In this document: positions 1 to 13,300 of the stretch, one piece after another
Position numbering within the stretch: the stretch's first letter is position 1
Layout: each line of letters starts with the position of its first letter
Assembly: GCA_963575745.1 (NCBI GenBank)
Contig: CAUYUJ010000248.1
Location: forward strand, 62,001-126,000
From: Prorocentrum cordatum
Taxonomy: Eukaryota
Length of the DNA stretch: 64,000 bases
Direction: 5' to 3'
Position numbers and translations under genes: made by a program
The notes under the pieces: generated by a model
Told to the model about the DNA's origin: nothing
Seen by the model: only the letters and a program-made list of their open reading frames with translations
Database searches by the model: none

Positions 1-322
1 CGAGAACATCAACAAGTTCTTGGATGACTGGAAGCGCTGTGGATACGATGCCTACGCGATGGACAAGAAGTATAACTTCCGCATCGACTGGGCAACGGTT
101 CGGTCCGAATACATGCGCCGCACCAGGACCGACGGCACGGGCAAGGGCAGCCACCAGCAGAGCAGCTGGTATGACCGAGCTGGGAGCTCCTGGGACGCCT
201 GGGACAACTGGCAGAGTGGCTGGAGCTCTGGCTGGCACGACGACCAGTGGCAGTCAGGAGGCAAGCGTGGTGGCGGCAGGCCAGACGATCGTGGCGAGAA
301 GAGACAACGGCGGGGCGACTGA
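1..322 (+). CDS. 3' end of an unknown ORF running in from the window edge, possibly gag-like/TE-derived, with a W/G/S-rich tail
   Basis: Open frame ENINKFLDDWKRCGYDAYAMDKKYNFRIDWATVRSEYMRRTR...KRQRRGD*; no recognisable domain. Confidence 0.3.
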   Translation, partial: ENINKFLDDWKRCGYDAYAMDKKYNFRIDWATVRSEYMRRTRTDGTGKGSHQQSSWYDRAGSSWDAWDNWQSGWSSGWHDDQWQSGGKRGGGRPDDRGEKRQRRGD

Positions 323-722
323 GCCCCCCCCATCCCCAAGAGATTCAGGTGCAGCGTCCGATTTCCACACTCTGTGCAGCCTTCAGCTGCCTCCCTGGGT
401 TACGTTTCATATACTCGTGTGGCGGCCTTCAGCCGCCCTCCCTGGTACACGCATTTCCTGCCTTTGGACCCAAGTGTGTTTACCAGCAATACCGTCTGCA
501 TGACTGCGCTTGGGCGTGTCGCGTGCAGGCCATAGTTGGCCCCTGGCCCGTCTGTAGTACCCACCCATCCTGCGGGGTGGGTCCTCTTTCGAAGGGACGG
601 CGCCCCGCGTGTTCCTCACTCCTCCTCCCCCTACGATATAATTACCTGGCGATATGATTACGAGCCTATACCATTTCACACCGATATATATAACCCTCAC
701 ACGCTCCGTGGCCTATGGGGAA

Positions 723-2100
723 GCTCACGAGGCCCCAGTGGCAGGGTTCCGCTTGCCCGCGTGCCCATTTCGGCACACCCCTCACACGTTTCGTGGCCCC
801 ATAGGGAGCTCCACCGAAGGCCCCAGTGGCTGCGTTCGCATGCCTCCCAACCACCCATTTCGGCACACCCCTCACACGTTTCGTGGCCCCATAGGGAGCT
901 CCACCGAAGGCCCCAGTGGCTGCGTTCGCATGCCTCCCCACCACCCATTTCGGCACACCCCTCACACGTTTCGTGGCCCCATAGGGAGCTCCACCGAAGG
1001 CCCCAGTGGCTGCGTTCGCATGCATCCCCACCACCCATTTCGGCACACCCCTCACACGCTTCGTGGCCATCGGAGTCCATCGAAGGCCAGTGGAGGGGCC
1101 GATGCACTCCCCCCCACGTTCGTACCCCCGTCACAGTTTCGTGGGCCCATTGCGGCGTCACCCGAAGGCAGAGGCAGGGTCCGATTGCTTCCACACTCCC
1201 TCTAATCTGATCCCACACACGCTTGTGGCCCATTGGGCTCCACGAAGGCCCGGTGGCAGGGTCCGCAAAGCTCCCCAACATTTCGGCACACCCTTCATCG
1301 TTTGTGGCCATTAGGGGAGCTTACAACCGGAAGGCCCCAATGGCAGGGTCGCATGCTTCCCCCGGCCTTTCGGCACACCCTCACCAACGAAGGCCGTGAG
1401 GGTGGCCTGCTCCACCACCCATTTCGACACCCCTCACACGTTTCGTGGCCCAAGGGCTCTCCCCGACGCTATAGGGCGCGGTCGCATGCCTACCACCACA
1501 CTTTCACGGCACACCCCTCACACGTTTCGTGGCCCCATAGGGAGCTCCACCGAAGGCCCCAGTGGCTGCGCCCGCATGCGGTTCCACCCCCCATTCTGGC
1601 ACACCCCTCACCCGTTTCGTGGCCCCATAGGGAGCTCCACCGAAGGCCCCAGTGGCTGCGTTCGCATGCCTCCCCACCACCCATTTCGGCACACCCCTCA
1701 CACGTTTCGTGGCCCCATAGGGAGCTCCACCGAAGGCCCCAGTGGCTGCGTTCGCATGCTGCCCCCACACCAATTTCGGCACACCCCTCACACGTTTCGT
1801 GGCCCCACAGGGAGCTCCACCGAAGGCCCCAGTGGCTGCGTTCGCATGCCGCCCCCACACCAATTTCGGCACACCCCTCACACGTTTCGTGGCCCCACAG
1901 GGAGCTCCACCGAAGGCCCCAGTGGCTGCGTTCGCATGCCGCCCCCACACCAACTTCGGTGCACCCCTCACACGTTTCGTGGCCCCATAAGGAGCTCCAC
2001 CGAAGACGGTTCGTGGCCCCATAGGGAGATCCACCGAAGACGGTATTCACACCAGCATTACTCACAACTGCATATGGTTGGGTCCTTCGCCAGGCTAATT
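723..2100 (+). mobile_element. Composite satellite-bearing Helentron-like non-autonomous element, copy 1 (5'-truncated, opposite orientation to copies 2-5)
   Basis: 90-bp tandem units (ggccccagtggctgcgttcgcatgcctccccaccacccatttcggcacacccctcacacgtttcgtggccccatagggagctccaccgaa) ending in ATGGTTGGGtccttcgccaggctaatt. Confidence 0.6.
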
Positions 2101-2149
2101 GTTTTCACCTCTGGCCCTGTCGGACTTTGTCCCCCGGCCTCGCGGCTCT

Positions 2150-2850
2150 GTGACCGACGCAAAGATGGCTTCGCCTCGTCACTGTCCAGAACCGCACTCT
2201 CACTCCCTGGGTTTCTTAAGGTACAGCGGCCTTCAGCTGCTCTTCTCTGCTATTCCCTGGGAGCGACCTTGGGCGGGTGGCGTCCCGACAGCGGATTTCG
2301 AACGCATGACCAGATGGTGCACTTCTGAGCCGTGGAGGTACGCCTCCGGCACGGTGGCGTGGTGTGCCCACCTGTAAGGACGTTGTTGCCGCGCCCGGAC
2401 GCAGGGACGCAGTTGCGCACCCACTTGCGCGCACCGGCCACAGTGTTGCCGCGGGTGGTCAGCGGACTGAGCCTATACCTGTGCCTAGTGCGTACGCCTG
2501 CTTCCTTTGTTGGCCGCCAGTTCCTGTTGCCCGGACTGGCATCATCCCATCGTCGCACCCCCGCTCTACCTGGATGAGCGGCCCTTAGCTCCTTGGGCTT
2601 CTTCGTGACCACTGGCTGTTGCGTGGGCTGCAGTTGGTAAGCGGCAGCGCAGCTTCCCCAGAGCGCCATCTTCTTACACTTCACTCTGGTACGCCAGGGT
2701 AAACGGATAGGCGTGGCTCTGTGTATGCTTGTCACGTTAGATGCTCCCTGGTACGCGTTCCTGCTCTTATCTTTGTTTGCTAGTCGCCTGCGACTTGTGC
2801 CTGGTAGAAGATTGGGACAGTTGTACCTTCCGCATAGCGTCACATCATGC
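2150..2850 (-). pseudogene. Possible highly degenerate tyrosine-recombinase fragment
   Basis: Minus-strand pieces in shifting frames: MALWGSCAAAYQL, SGHAFEIRCRDAT (cf. GHSFRxGxAT), QGIAE/EQLKAA. Confidence 0.25.
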
Positions 2851-3406
2851 TACCTGATGGCTCGCTTGCGAACGCATCCTTGGTCGAGGTTGTCTTCCCG
2901 GGCCGACGTGCCTTGTTCGGTTACAGACACCGCGAATTTCGCGCCATTTTGGCTGCGTTGGTGCGTACTCTGAAGCTGCGACGGTTCGCTGGCGCTGTCA
3001 GAGTCCAACCTCTCCCTACGGTATGCAGTCAGGCGACAGCTTGCGCGTCTCTCGGACGCTTCTGCTTGAGCATGGTTCAGACACCCTGGGACCCTATGGT
3101 ACGCCATTCGCTGCGCCGAGGTTTGCAGACTCATTACTGTTCAGATAGTGTACCCAAGCGGCGTACTGCTTGGCCATGGCCTCAGACACCTTGGGGTTAT
3201 TTGCATCGCGCCATTTTGGCAGCGTAGTTACAGACTCCTTGGGTGCAGGTCCCTGGTCGTCAGACACCCTGGGTTGCAGCGCCCTTGCACCCGCCGCCCC
3301 GGCGCCGGCCGCGGCCCGCGCGCGCGTCCGGCCAATTAGTTTCGGCCGCAGCCCGACGGTTACTCGCCGCCGCTGGCGCTTCCGCCCGCGGCTGTAAAAA
3401 AACAAA

Positions 3407-4985
3407 TTAGCCTGGCGAAGGACCCGACCATATGCAGTTGTGAGTAATGCTGGTGTGAGTACCGTCTTCGGTGGATCTCCCTATGGGGCCGCGAACCGTT
3501 TGAGGGGTGTGCCGAAATGGGTGTGGGGGCGGCATGCGAACGTTGGTTTGGGGGCTTTCGTGGCGCTCTTAGAGCTCCTTATGGGGCCACGAAGCGTGTG
3601 AGGGGTCCACCGAAGTTGGTGTGGGGGCGGCATGCGAACGCAACCACTGGGGCCTTAAACTCCCTGTGGGGCCACGAAACGTGTGAGGGGTGTGCCGAAA
3701 TTGGTGTGGGGGCGGCATGCGAACGCAGCCCCCGGGGCCTTCGGTGGAGCTCCCTATGGTGCCACGAAACGTGTGAGGGGTGTGCCGAAATGGGTGTGGG
3801 GGCGCATGCGAACCCAGTCGCTGGGGCCTTCAGTGGAAATCTCCATGGGGCCACGAAACGTGCGAGGGATGTGCCGAAATTGGTGTCGGGGAGGCATGCG
3901 AACCAGGCCACTGGGGCCTTCGGTGGAGCTCCCTATGGGGCCACGAAACGTGTGAAGGGTGTGCCGAAATGGGTGGTGGGGAGGCATGCGGACCCTGCCA
4001 CTGGGGCCTTCGGTGGAGCTCCCTATGGGGCCACGAAACGTGTGAGGGGTGTGCCGAAATGGTGGTGGGGAGGCATGCGAACGCAGCCACTGGGGCCTTC
4101 GGTGGAGCTCCCTATGGGGCCACGAAACGTGTGAGGGGTGTGCCGAAATGGGTGGTGGGGAGCATGCGGACCCTGCCACTGGGGCCTTCGGTGGAGCTCC
4201 CTATGGGCCACGAACGTGTGATGGGTTGTGGCCGAAATGGGCGAGTGGGGAGGCATGCGGACCCTGCCACTGGGCCTTCGTGGAGCTCCTATGGGTCCAC
4301 GAAGGCGTGTGGGGGGTGTGCCGAAGTGGGTGTGGGAGGCATGCGGACGCTGCCACTGGGGCCTTCGGTGGAGCTCCCTATGGGGCCACGAAACGTGTGA
4401 AGAGTGTGCCGAAATGGGTGGTGGGGAGGCATGCGAACGCAGCCACTGGGGCCTTCGGTGGAGCTCCCTATGGGGCCACGAAACGTGTGAGGGGTGTGCC
4501 GACATGGGTGGTGGGGAGCCCCTGGGGCCTTCGGTGGAGCTCCCTATGGGGGCCACGAAACGTATGAGGGGTGTGCCGAAATGGGTGGTGGGGAGGCATG
4601 CGCCCCCTGCCACTGGGCCTTCGGTGGAAGCTCCCTATGGGGCCACGAAACGTTTGAGGGGGTGGTGCCGAAATGGGTGGTGGGGAGGCATGCGGACCTG
4701 CCACTGGGCCTTCTTGGACGCTTCCCTAATGGGGCCACGAAAGCGTATGAGGGGTGTGCCGAATGGGGTTGGTGGGGAGGCATTGCGGAACCCGGCCACT
4801 GGGGCCTTCGGTGGAGCTCCTATGGGGCCACGAAAAAGTGGTTAGGGGTTGTGGGCCGAAATTGGGTGGTGGGGAGGCACCGGGACCCTGCCCTGGGGCC
4901 TTCGGTGGGGTTCCTATGGGGCCACGAAGCGTGTGAGGGTGTGCCGAAAGCGGTGGTGGTGATGGCGGTGGTGGTGAGATGATGA

Positions 4986-5025
<40 letters not shown>

Positions 5026-5118
5026 GGAGGAGGGAGGGGGGGGGAGGAGGAGGTGAGGAACGCGGGGCACCGTCTCTTCAAAACGAGGACCCAACACCAC
5101 AGGATGGTTGGGAAAAAA
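3407..5118 (-). mobile_element. Composite Helentron-like element, copy 2
   Basis: On +: ttagcctggcgaaggacc... then 90-bp array, (GAT)n, (GGA)n and gaggacccaacaccacaggatggttgggaaaaaa. Confidence 0.65.
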
Positions 5119-6864
<1,746 letters not shown>

Positions 6865-7970
6865 CTTAGCCTGGCGAAGGACCCAACCATATGCAGCTGC
6901 GAGTACCGCACGGATTTGGGACGAAGACACTGAACATGTAACCCGGGAATGGTGGTCTGGGAACACGAAGAACACGAACTGCATGCACTCATAGAGAACA
7001 ACATTACAAGGTACGGGTGACGCACTTCATATACTGGGGACGCCCTGAGTTGGAAGCAGAAGGGTCAAACCTGATGCTCTGCCCGTGGATTTGGACCGTG
7101 AGATGGAGTGGCAGGGCCCTCAGAAGCGACTGCCACAGCCCATTCTCCACGGATTACCCAACGGTTCCAGCCACCCGATAGCCACCCAGACGTGCCAACG
7201 CATGTGGCACCAGAGTCTCAAGCTCCCCCCGACCTTCGGTGGAGATCCCTATGGGGCCACGAAACGTGTGAGGGGTGTGCCGAGATGGGTGTTGGGGAGT
7301 GCCGAAATGGGTGGTGGGGAGGCATGCGAACCCTGCCACTGGGGCCTTCGGTGGAGCTCCCTATGGGGCCACGAAACGTGTGAGGGGTGTGCCGAAATAG
7401 GTGGTGGGGAGGCATGCGGACCCTGCCACTGGGGCCTTCGGTGGAGCTCCCTATGGGGCCACGAAACGTGTGAGGGGTGTGCCGAGATGGGTGGTGGGGA
7501 GGCATGCGAACCCTGCCACTGGGGCCTTCGGTGGAGCTCCCTATGGGGCCACGAAACGTGTGAAGGGTGTGCCGAAATGGTGGTGGGGAGGCATGCGACC
7601 TGCCACTGGGGCCTTCGGTGGAGCTCCCTATGGGGCCACGAAACGTGTGAGGGGTGTGCCGAAATGGGGTGGAACCGCATGCGGACGCAGCCACTGGGGC
7701 CTTCGGTGGAGCTCCCTCTGGGGCCACGAAACGTGTGAGGGGTGTGCCAGAAATGGGGTGGTGGAAGCATGCGGACGCAGCCACTGGGGCCTTCGGTGGA
7801 GCTCCCTATGGGGCCACGAAACGTGTGAGGGGTGTGCCGAAATGGGGGGGGAAGCATGCGGACCCTGCCACTGGGGCCTTCGGTGGAGCTCCCTATGGGG
7901 CCACGAAACGTGTGAGGGGTGTGCCGAATGGGCGTGGGTGACGATGACGATGATGATGACGATTGATAAT

Positions 7971-8013
<43 letters not shown>

Positions 8014-8083
8014 GGAGATGTGATGAAATTATGATGGATGATGATGATGATGATAATGTGATGGTGATGATGATGATGATGAA

Positions 8084-8221
<138 letters not shown>

Positions 8222-8242
8222 GTGATGGTGATGGTGATGGTG

Positions 8243-8430
8243 ATGGGGGTGCGTGCACATGAATGATGTAAAATAGCGGGCCCTGTCGTGGACCCCAACC
8301 CTCTCGGTGCGTGGGCGCGTGGATAATCTCGCTTCGCCCCGCGGGGGTCTTTGCTCCGTCGTGCTTGCACTGTTTTGGGAAATCGCACTGCGGTGCCGAA
8401 CAGCTTCTCTGTAGCTGCTCTGTTTTGGCT
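8243..8430 (+). repeat. Terminal repeat A1
   Basis: 188 bp nearly identical to 14711-14898 (atgggggtgcgtgcacatgaatg...tgttttggct). Confidence 0.95.
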
Positions 8431-8465
8431 GAGTGGTTTCTCTTCGACCTGCGGCCTCGAGCTGC

Positions 8466-8834
8466 ATGCGGCCCGTGTCCCTCCCGCAGATCCTCAGTGG
8501 CCCGATAGCCGCGGGTCTGCTCGCGCTGGGCACGCGGAGGCAGGCCTGCCCCGTTCCCCCGGAGCCGCCGATCTGCCCGGAGACGTGCGCGGAGGCGCCG
8601 CCCTGCGTGTGCCCAGCGGCGCCCGCGTGCGTGTGCCCGGAGCCGGTGGCCTGCCCGCCGACGGAGCTCAGCAGGGAAGAGGCGCTGATCATCGGCGCGG
8701 TCACCTGGGCGGCGCAGACGGGCATCGGCTGGGTGACGAGCGTGGGGCGCAGGCTCGTCGGACGCGGCAGAGGCCATGGCGCTCGTTGGGCTCGGCGCGG
8801 AGGCGGAGTTCTTGAGGCGCCTCCTGCCAGGTAG
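8466..8834 (+). CDS. Small Cys/Pro-rich ORF0 with hydrophobic segments, overlapping the gag start
   Basis: MRPVSLPQILSGPIAAGLLALG...CPETCAEAPPCVCPAAPACVCPEPVACPP...EEALIIGAVTWAAQTGIGWV. Confidence 0.45.
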   Translation: MRPVSLPQILSGPIAAGLLALGTRRQACPVPPEPPICPETCAEAPPCVCPAAPACVCPEPVACPPTELSREEALIIGAVTWAAQTGIGWVTSVGRRLVGRGRGHGARWARRGGGVLEAPPAR

Positions 8835-10380
8835 GCACTACCTGGCCTGGTACGATGGGGGCGATGTGTACCACGAGCGGGTGGCTTTGTGGCCGCAGAC
8901 GCACGCCAGGTGGGTCATCCTGACCCCAGACCATGACATGTATTCGGAGATGCTGGACGGCAGCGAGGGCGTCGACGGCGTGGTGCGGATCGTCGGCCTG
9001 CGCCCCGACGGGCGTCTTCCCCGGCTCTACAAGCCCGCCTACAGGTTCAAGGAGGCGCTCGACCTGGGCGCCCTGAAGGGGTACATCCGCGAGGGCCGAC
9101 GCCTGGCCCTGCAGGACGGAGCTGCGGCGGGTAACCCACCGATCGAGGTCGCGGACGTGGTGATGCCCGATCGTGAGATGGCGCCGCTCGACACCCTGTT
9201 CGGCGGCCGCTTCCTGCCTCGCCGCCTCCCCTTGCGCCGCGGCGCAGCGGCGGCAGCGGCCGGGGCCGACAACGGGCCCCCTGGCGACGCGGCTGCTGGC
9301 TCCGACGCGGGTGCCGCCCCTGCGCTGGGCGCTGCCGGCGATGGCGCCAGCCCAGGGTATCCCCAGGCGGGGCCGCTGGACACGCCGCGTGGTCACGCGT
9401 GGGTGCTCGCGGAGGGCGGCCGCGCTGGCAACCTGGGGGATGAGGTGGTGCTGGGGCCCGATGACTTCAGGCTCTCGGACTACGACGCGATGATCCTCCG
9501 CCGGGGGCAGGGCCGCCGGGCCGAGCTCGCCCCTATCACGGAGGTGGACGAGTTCGTGCGAGCCCGCCGAGAGGAGCTGGCCGACCAGCTGAGGCCAGCT
9601 GGGGCAGCTCCGCTGGCTCCGCCCCTTGGACCGCCGCCTGGGCCGTCGGCCGAGGCGCCCGAGGGTGCAGACGCCGTCGGCGGCACAGCCGCGCCTCCTC
9701 CAGCGGCGGAGGACGCTCGCACACTGTGGATCGACTACGATGAGCAGGGCGAGAGGTACAAGCCATACCGCAAGGCGGTGCAGGAGAGCTTCCACGTGCC
9801 TGACCAGCACTGGCCCCTCGAAGGCCCGTCGACGTACCTGCAGGTGATGAAGCACATCGAGAGGACGGGGGGCGACCCGCGTTTGTGGCTGCAGCTGTGG
9901 GCTCGCACAAAGCAGGTGGACGTGAATGATCGAGTGATGCACGAGCTGAACTGTCTCGTGGACATGATGTTATACGCCTCTACCTTCGACCAGCTGAATG
10001 TCCCCGCGCTGGCCAGCTTCGAGGTGTTGGCGCGAAGGTTCCAGACCATCCTAGACGCGTACAGGATCCCTGGGCGAGCCCCGAACTGGCAGATGGCTCG
10101 CTTCTACAGTGGAGTGACCCCGGCGGTGGATGCCATCGCGCCCGGGCTGCGGCAGTACGGGGCGAAGCGAGCGAAGGAGGATATCGACATGGAGACGGGG
10201 GCCCAGCGGGCTCGCGGCCCCCCTGGAGGTGGCAGTGGAGCCGGCGGCGACGACGCGCTCGAGGGCACAGCCGGCGAAGGGCCGAGGGGCCGTGGACGAG
10301 GACGCGGTGGCGGCGGTCGCGGTCGCGGCAGGGGCGCATTGCCCAAGGCCGGGAACCCCGCGGCCGCCGAGAAATCATGA
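8776..10380 (+). CDS. Gag-like ORF1 of the YR retrotransposon (534 aa)
   Basis: Intact ORF upstream of pol, RG-rich basic C-terminus, stop overlaps the pol start (ATGA). Confidence 0.8.
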   Translation: MALVGLGAEAEFLRRLLPGRHYLAWYDGGDVYHERVALWPQTHARWVILTPDHDMYSEMLDGSEGVDGVVRIVGLRPDGRLPRLYKPAYRFKEALDLGALKGYIREGRRLALQDGAAAGNPPIEVADVVMPDREMAPLDTLFGGRFLPRRLPLRRGAAAAAAGADNGPPGDAAAGSDAGAAPALGAAGDGASPGYPQAGPLDTPRGHAWVLAEGGRAGNLGDEVVLGPDDFRLSDYDAMILRRGQGRRAELAPITEVDEFVRARREELADQLRPAGAAPLAPPLGPPPGPSAEAPEGADAVGGTAAPPPAAEDARTLWIDYDEQGERYKPYRKAVQESFHVPDQHWPLEGPSTYLQVMKHIERTGGDPRLWLQLWARTKQVDVNDRVMHELNCLVDMMLYASTFDQLNVPALASFEVLARRFQTILDAYRIPGRAPNWQMARFYSGVTPAVDAIAPGLRQYGAKRAKEDIDMETGAQRARGPPGGGSGAGGDDALEGTAGEGPRGRGRGRGGGGRGRGRGALPKAGNPAAAEKS

Positions 10381-13300
10381 GCGAGGAGATCGCCGAGGGG
10401 AATGGCCCCCCCATCGGCGCGCAGCTGACTTGGCCCGGTGCTGGGCGCCTTCCAGCCTCTCGCGGAGAACGCCATCTGTTCCCATTACCGCGGCTGGAGG
10501 AGCCACATACAGCACGTGGAGGCGGTCGTCTTAGCCGCGGGCTGCGAGGTCGCTATCTGCACGTGCGACTGGTTAACAGGGCGATTGACGCCCTGAACTG
10601 GTTGGCAAAGGCGGCCGGCTCGCCTGCAGCCGGCAGCGGCGGCGGCACGGACATCCACAGCGAAGTGACTGCGCGCATCGATGGACTGGTACGAGCCCAG
10701 GGGCCGGTGCCTGACGCGCCTTCGCCGAGAGCGTCCTATCTAGAGCTGCTCCGAGGTCGCGGGTCCTACGAGGAGCCGGGCCAGCCGAACATAGCTCCCT
10801 TCCAGCTCGGGCTCGTGTCGCTGCCGGAGGGCACCCAGGACGCCCCGCGCCTGGAGCGGTTTCTCGACGCAGAGGGCCTACGTTTTTTAGAGGGTCGTGG
10901 AGAGCGGATGCTACGAAGTGTCCCAGATTTTGAACGCCTCCGACAGAGCGATCCAGCGCGGCCTCACCTGGACCCAGCGTTCACAAAGAGTAGGCGACTA
11001 CTGGTTCGATTCATGAAGAGGTTGCATTCCAGTGGCATGCTACGATATACGTCGGAGCCTGTTGAATTTGTCGGAGCCTTTTTCGTCTGGAAGAAGGGTA
11101 GACAGAAGATGCGGATGATTACAGATGCGCGCCCTACCAACCAGCGGCTACTACCTCCACCTCGGGTAGACCTGCTGACGGCGGAGGGCCTCTCGCGCCT
11201 CGAGGTCGCCGTGGACGGCGACCCGTGCCTGCAGATGGACTCGAGCTGGGGCATCCTGCGGGCGCTCCGCCTGTGCCTCGGCGTCGGCGACGTGGAGAAT
11301 TGCTTTCACAGGATGGTGATGCCGCCCTGGATGAGCCCCCTCTTCGCCTTCCCCGCCCTGACCGTTAGCGAGCTCCGCCTAGACTCAGTGGAGACTGTGG
11401 AGGGCCGCGTGGCAAGCGGCGATGATGTGGTGCACCCTTGCTGCCGAGCCCTGCCTATGGGATGCTCGTGGTCGTTGTACTTCTGCCAGAACGCCAACAC
11501 AAACCTGGCGAGGCAGTGCGACCTGCTGCGGGAGGCGCGGCTTGCGACCGACCGCGGCGAGCCCATGGTGTTCAGAGTGGGCGGGGCTCGCGAGCAGGAC
11601 CTCTGGCACTACGTGTACGTGGACAACCTGGGCGTGCTGGGGCAGGACGCGAGCTCAGTCAAGATGGCGCTGGACGAGAAGGTGGCGGCCTTCAACAAGA
11701 TGAAGCTCGACATCCACGAGGTGGAGTTCTTCGAGAGGAAGGGGTCCGCGCTCGGCGTCGTCGTGGACTGCGAGCGCCTCTGCACCTCCATCACCAGCAA
11801 GCGGCGCTGCCGCTTGGAGAGGGCTCTGGCCTACGCGCTGCAACGAGGCAGACTCTCGGGCCAGGATTTGGAGTGCCTCCTGGGCCACTGCACGTATGCT
11901 GGGCTGGTGAGGCGAGAGGTGCTCTGCGTCTTCTCCGCCTGCTACGCCTTCGTGCAGGCCAACTACTGGGAGCGGCAAGTGATGTGGGCGTCCGTCCGCG
12001 AGGAGCTCAGCTGCTTCCGGGGCCTCCTCGTCTTCCTCAGCAGCGACTGGGCGTTGCCCTGGAACCGTTGTGTCACGGCGTCGGACGCGTCCGAGAGCGG
12101 CTTCGGCGTCGCCTCCACTATGGTGGACGTCAGGGAGGTCGCTCGGGTTGGGCGCGTGGCCGAGCGGAGCCGCTTCCGCCTCGACCTGGAGCTGGCGCCG
12201 CGGCAGCGTGCTATGCGGCATACGGGCTTCGTCGACGACAGCGGCTCCGGGCCATGGCGCCCTTCGGCGCCCGAGGAGGCATCGGACGGCGCCTGGGCCA
12301 TCGACGAGAGCTTCGAGGAGGTGCCGGCCGGGTGGCTCGACCAGGGGCGCTGGGCCGTCTGCCGCAGCGGGACGTGGGGCAGGGCTGAGGGCATCGCCAT
12401 TTTGGAAGCCCGTGCAGTCCTGGCCTCGGTGCGCCGCCTCGCCCAGTCGCGGTGGGGCCACGACATCGGGCACGTGCATCTTTGCGACAACATGGGAGTT
12501 GTACTGTCGATCTGTCGGTCTCGATCAAAAGAGTTCTCGATGTTGGCAGACATCAGACGCATCAATGCATACCTCCTAGCTCGCAACATCCGTCTCATCG
12601 TCCGCTGGATCCCGAGTGAGCTCAACGGGGCGGCGGACGAGGCCTCTCGTGCCTTTGATGATAACGCTTCTTGCTCATTGGCCTGGTGCATCCCGTCTCA
12701 TATATCTCGGCCAGACACCCAGGACCCCAAGGAGCCCCACGGAAGCCACGTCGTCAGCAAGCAAACGTCGGAGCCTCCTTATCATCATCATGAGCAAGAA
12801 TGTGAACGCGAGCTTCTGGGTAACAGTCAACATAAAGTACAAGAAGATAGCCAACATCATTACGTTCATTCAGTAAAGCCACACAACTCTAGCGATATAG
12901 ACGTTCGTGAACATCGTGAATTGCATCAGGAACACCATGAATTACATCAGCAGCCAGTCCTCTCCAGCAGCCAAGCTTACATAGCGGAGCAGCAGCCAAG
13001 CCCGAACATCATGAATTACATCAGCAGCCAGCCTATTCCAGCGAACCCTGAGCAAGACTCTGGACCGTCGGTCGCCCCCTTGGCTCTAAGCAATGAAGCA
13101 CGCCCCGGCCGCGCGGAAGAGCCGAACCCTGTCGGCCCCCGCCCATGCGCCAGGAGCGCGGGCCCGTGGCAGCAGCGCCCCAGGGCCCACGCCCGCGGCG
13201 GCGGCTTCGCGGCTGTCGAGGGCGCGCGGACTGGCAGCCGCCCCGAGGCAAGGGTGCCACGCCTCGGCCCAGCCGCGGCGAGAGCGCGCCTTGAGCCTCC

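Noticed and set aside
2938..3225. cgccattttggc motifs as spliced-leader relics
   Set aside because: Only 11-12 nt match and no downstream gene
8701..12691. Long antisense ORFs over gag/pol
   Set aside because: Shadow ORFs caused by high GC3
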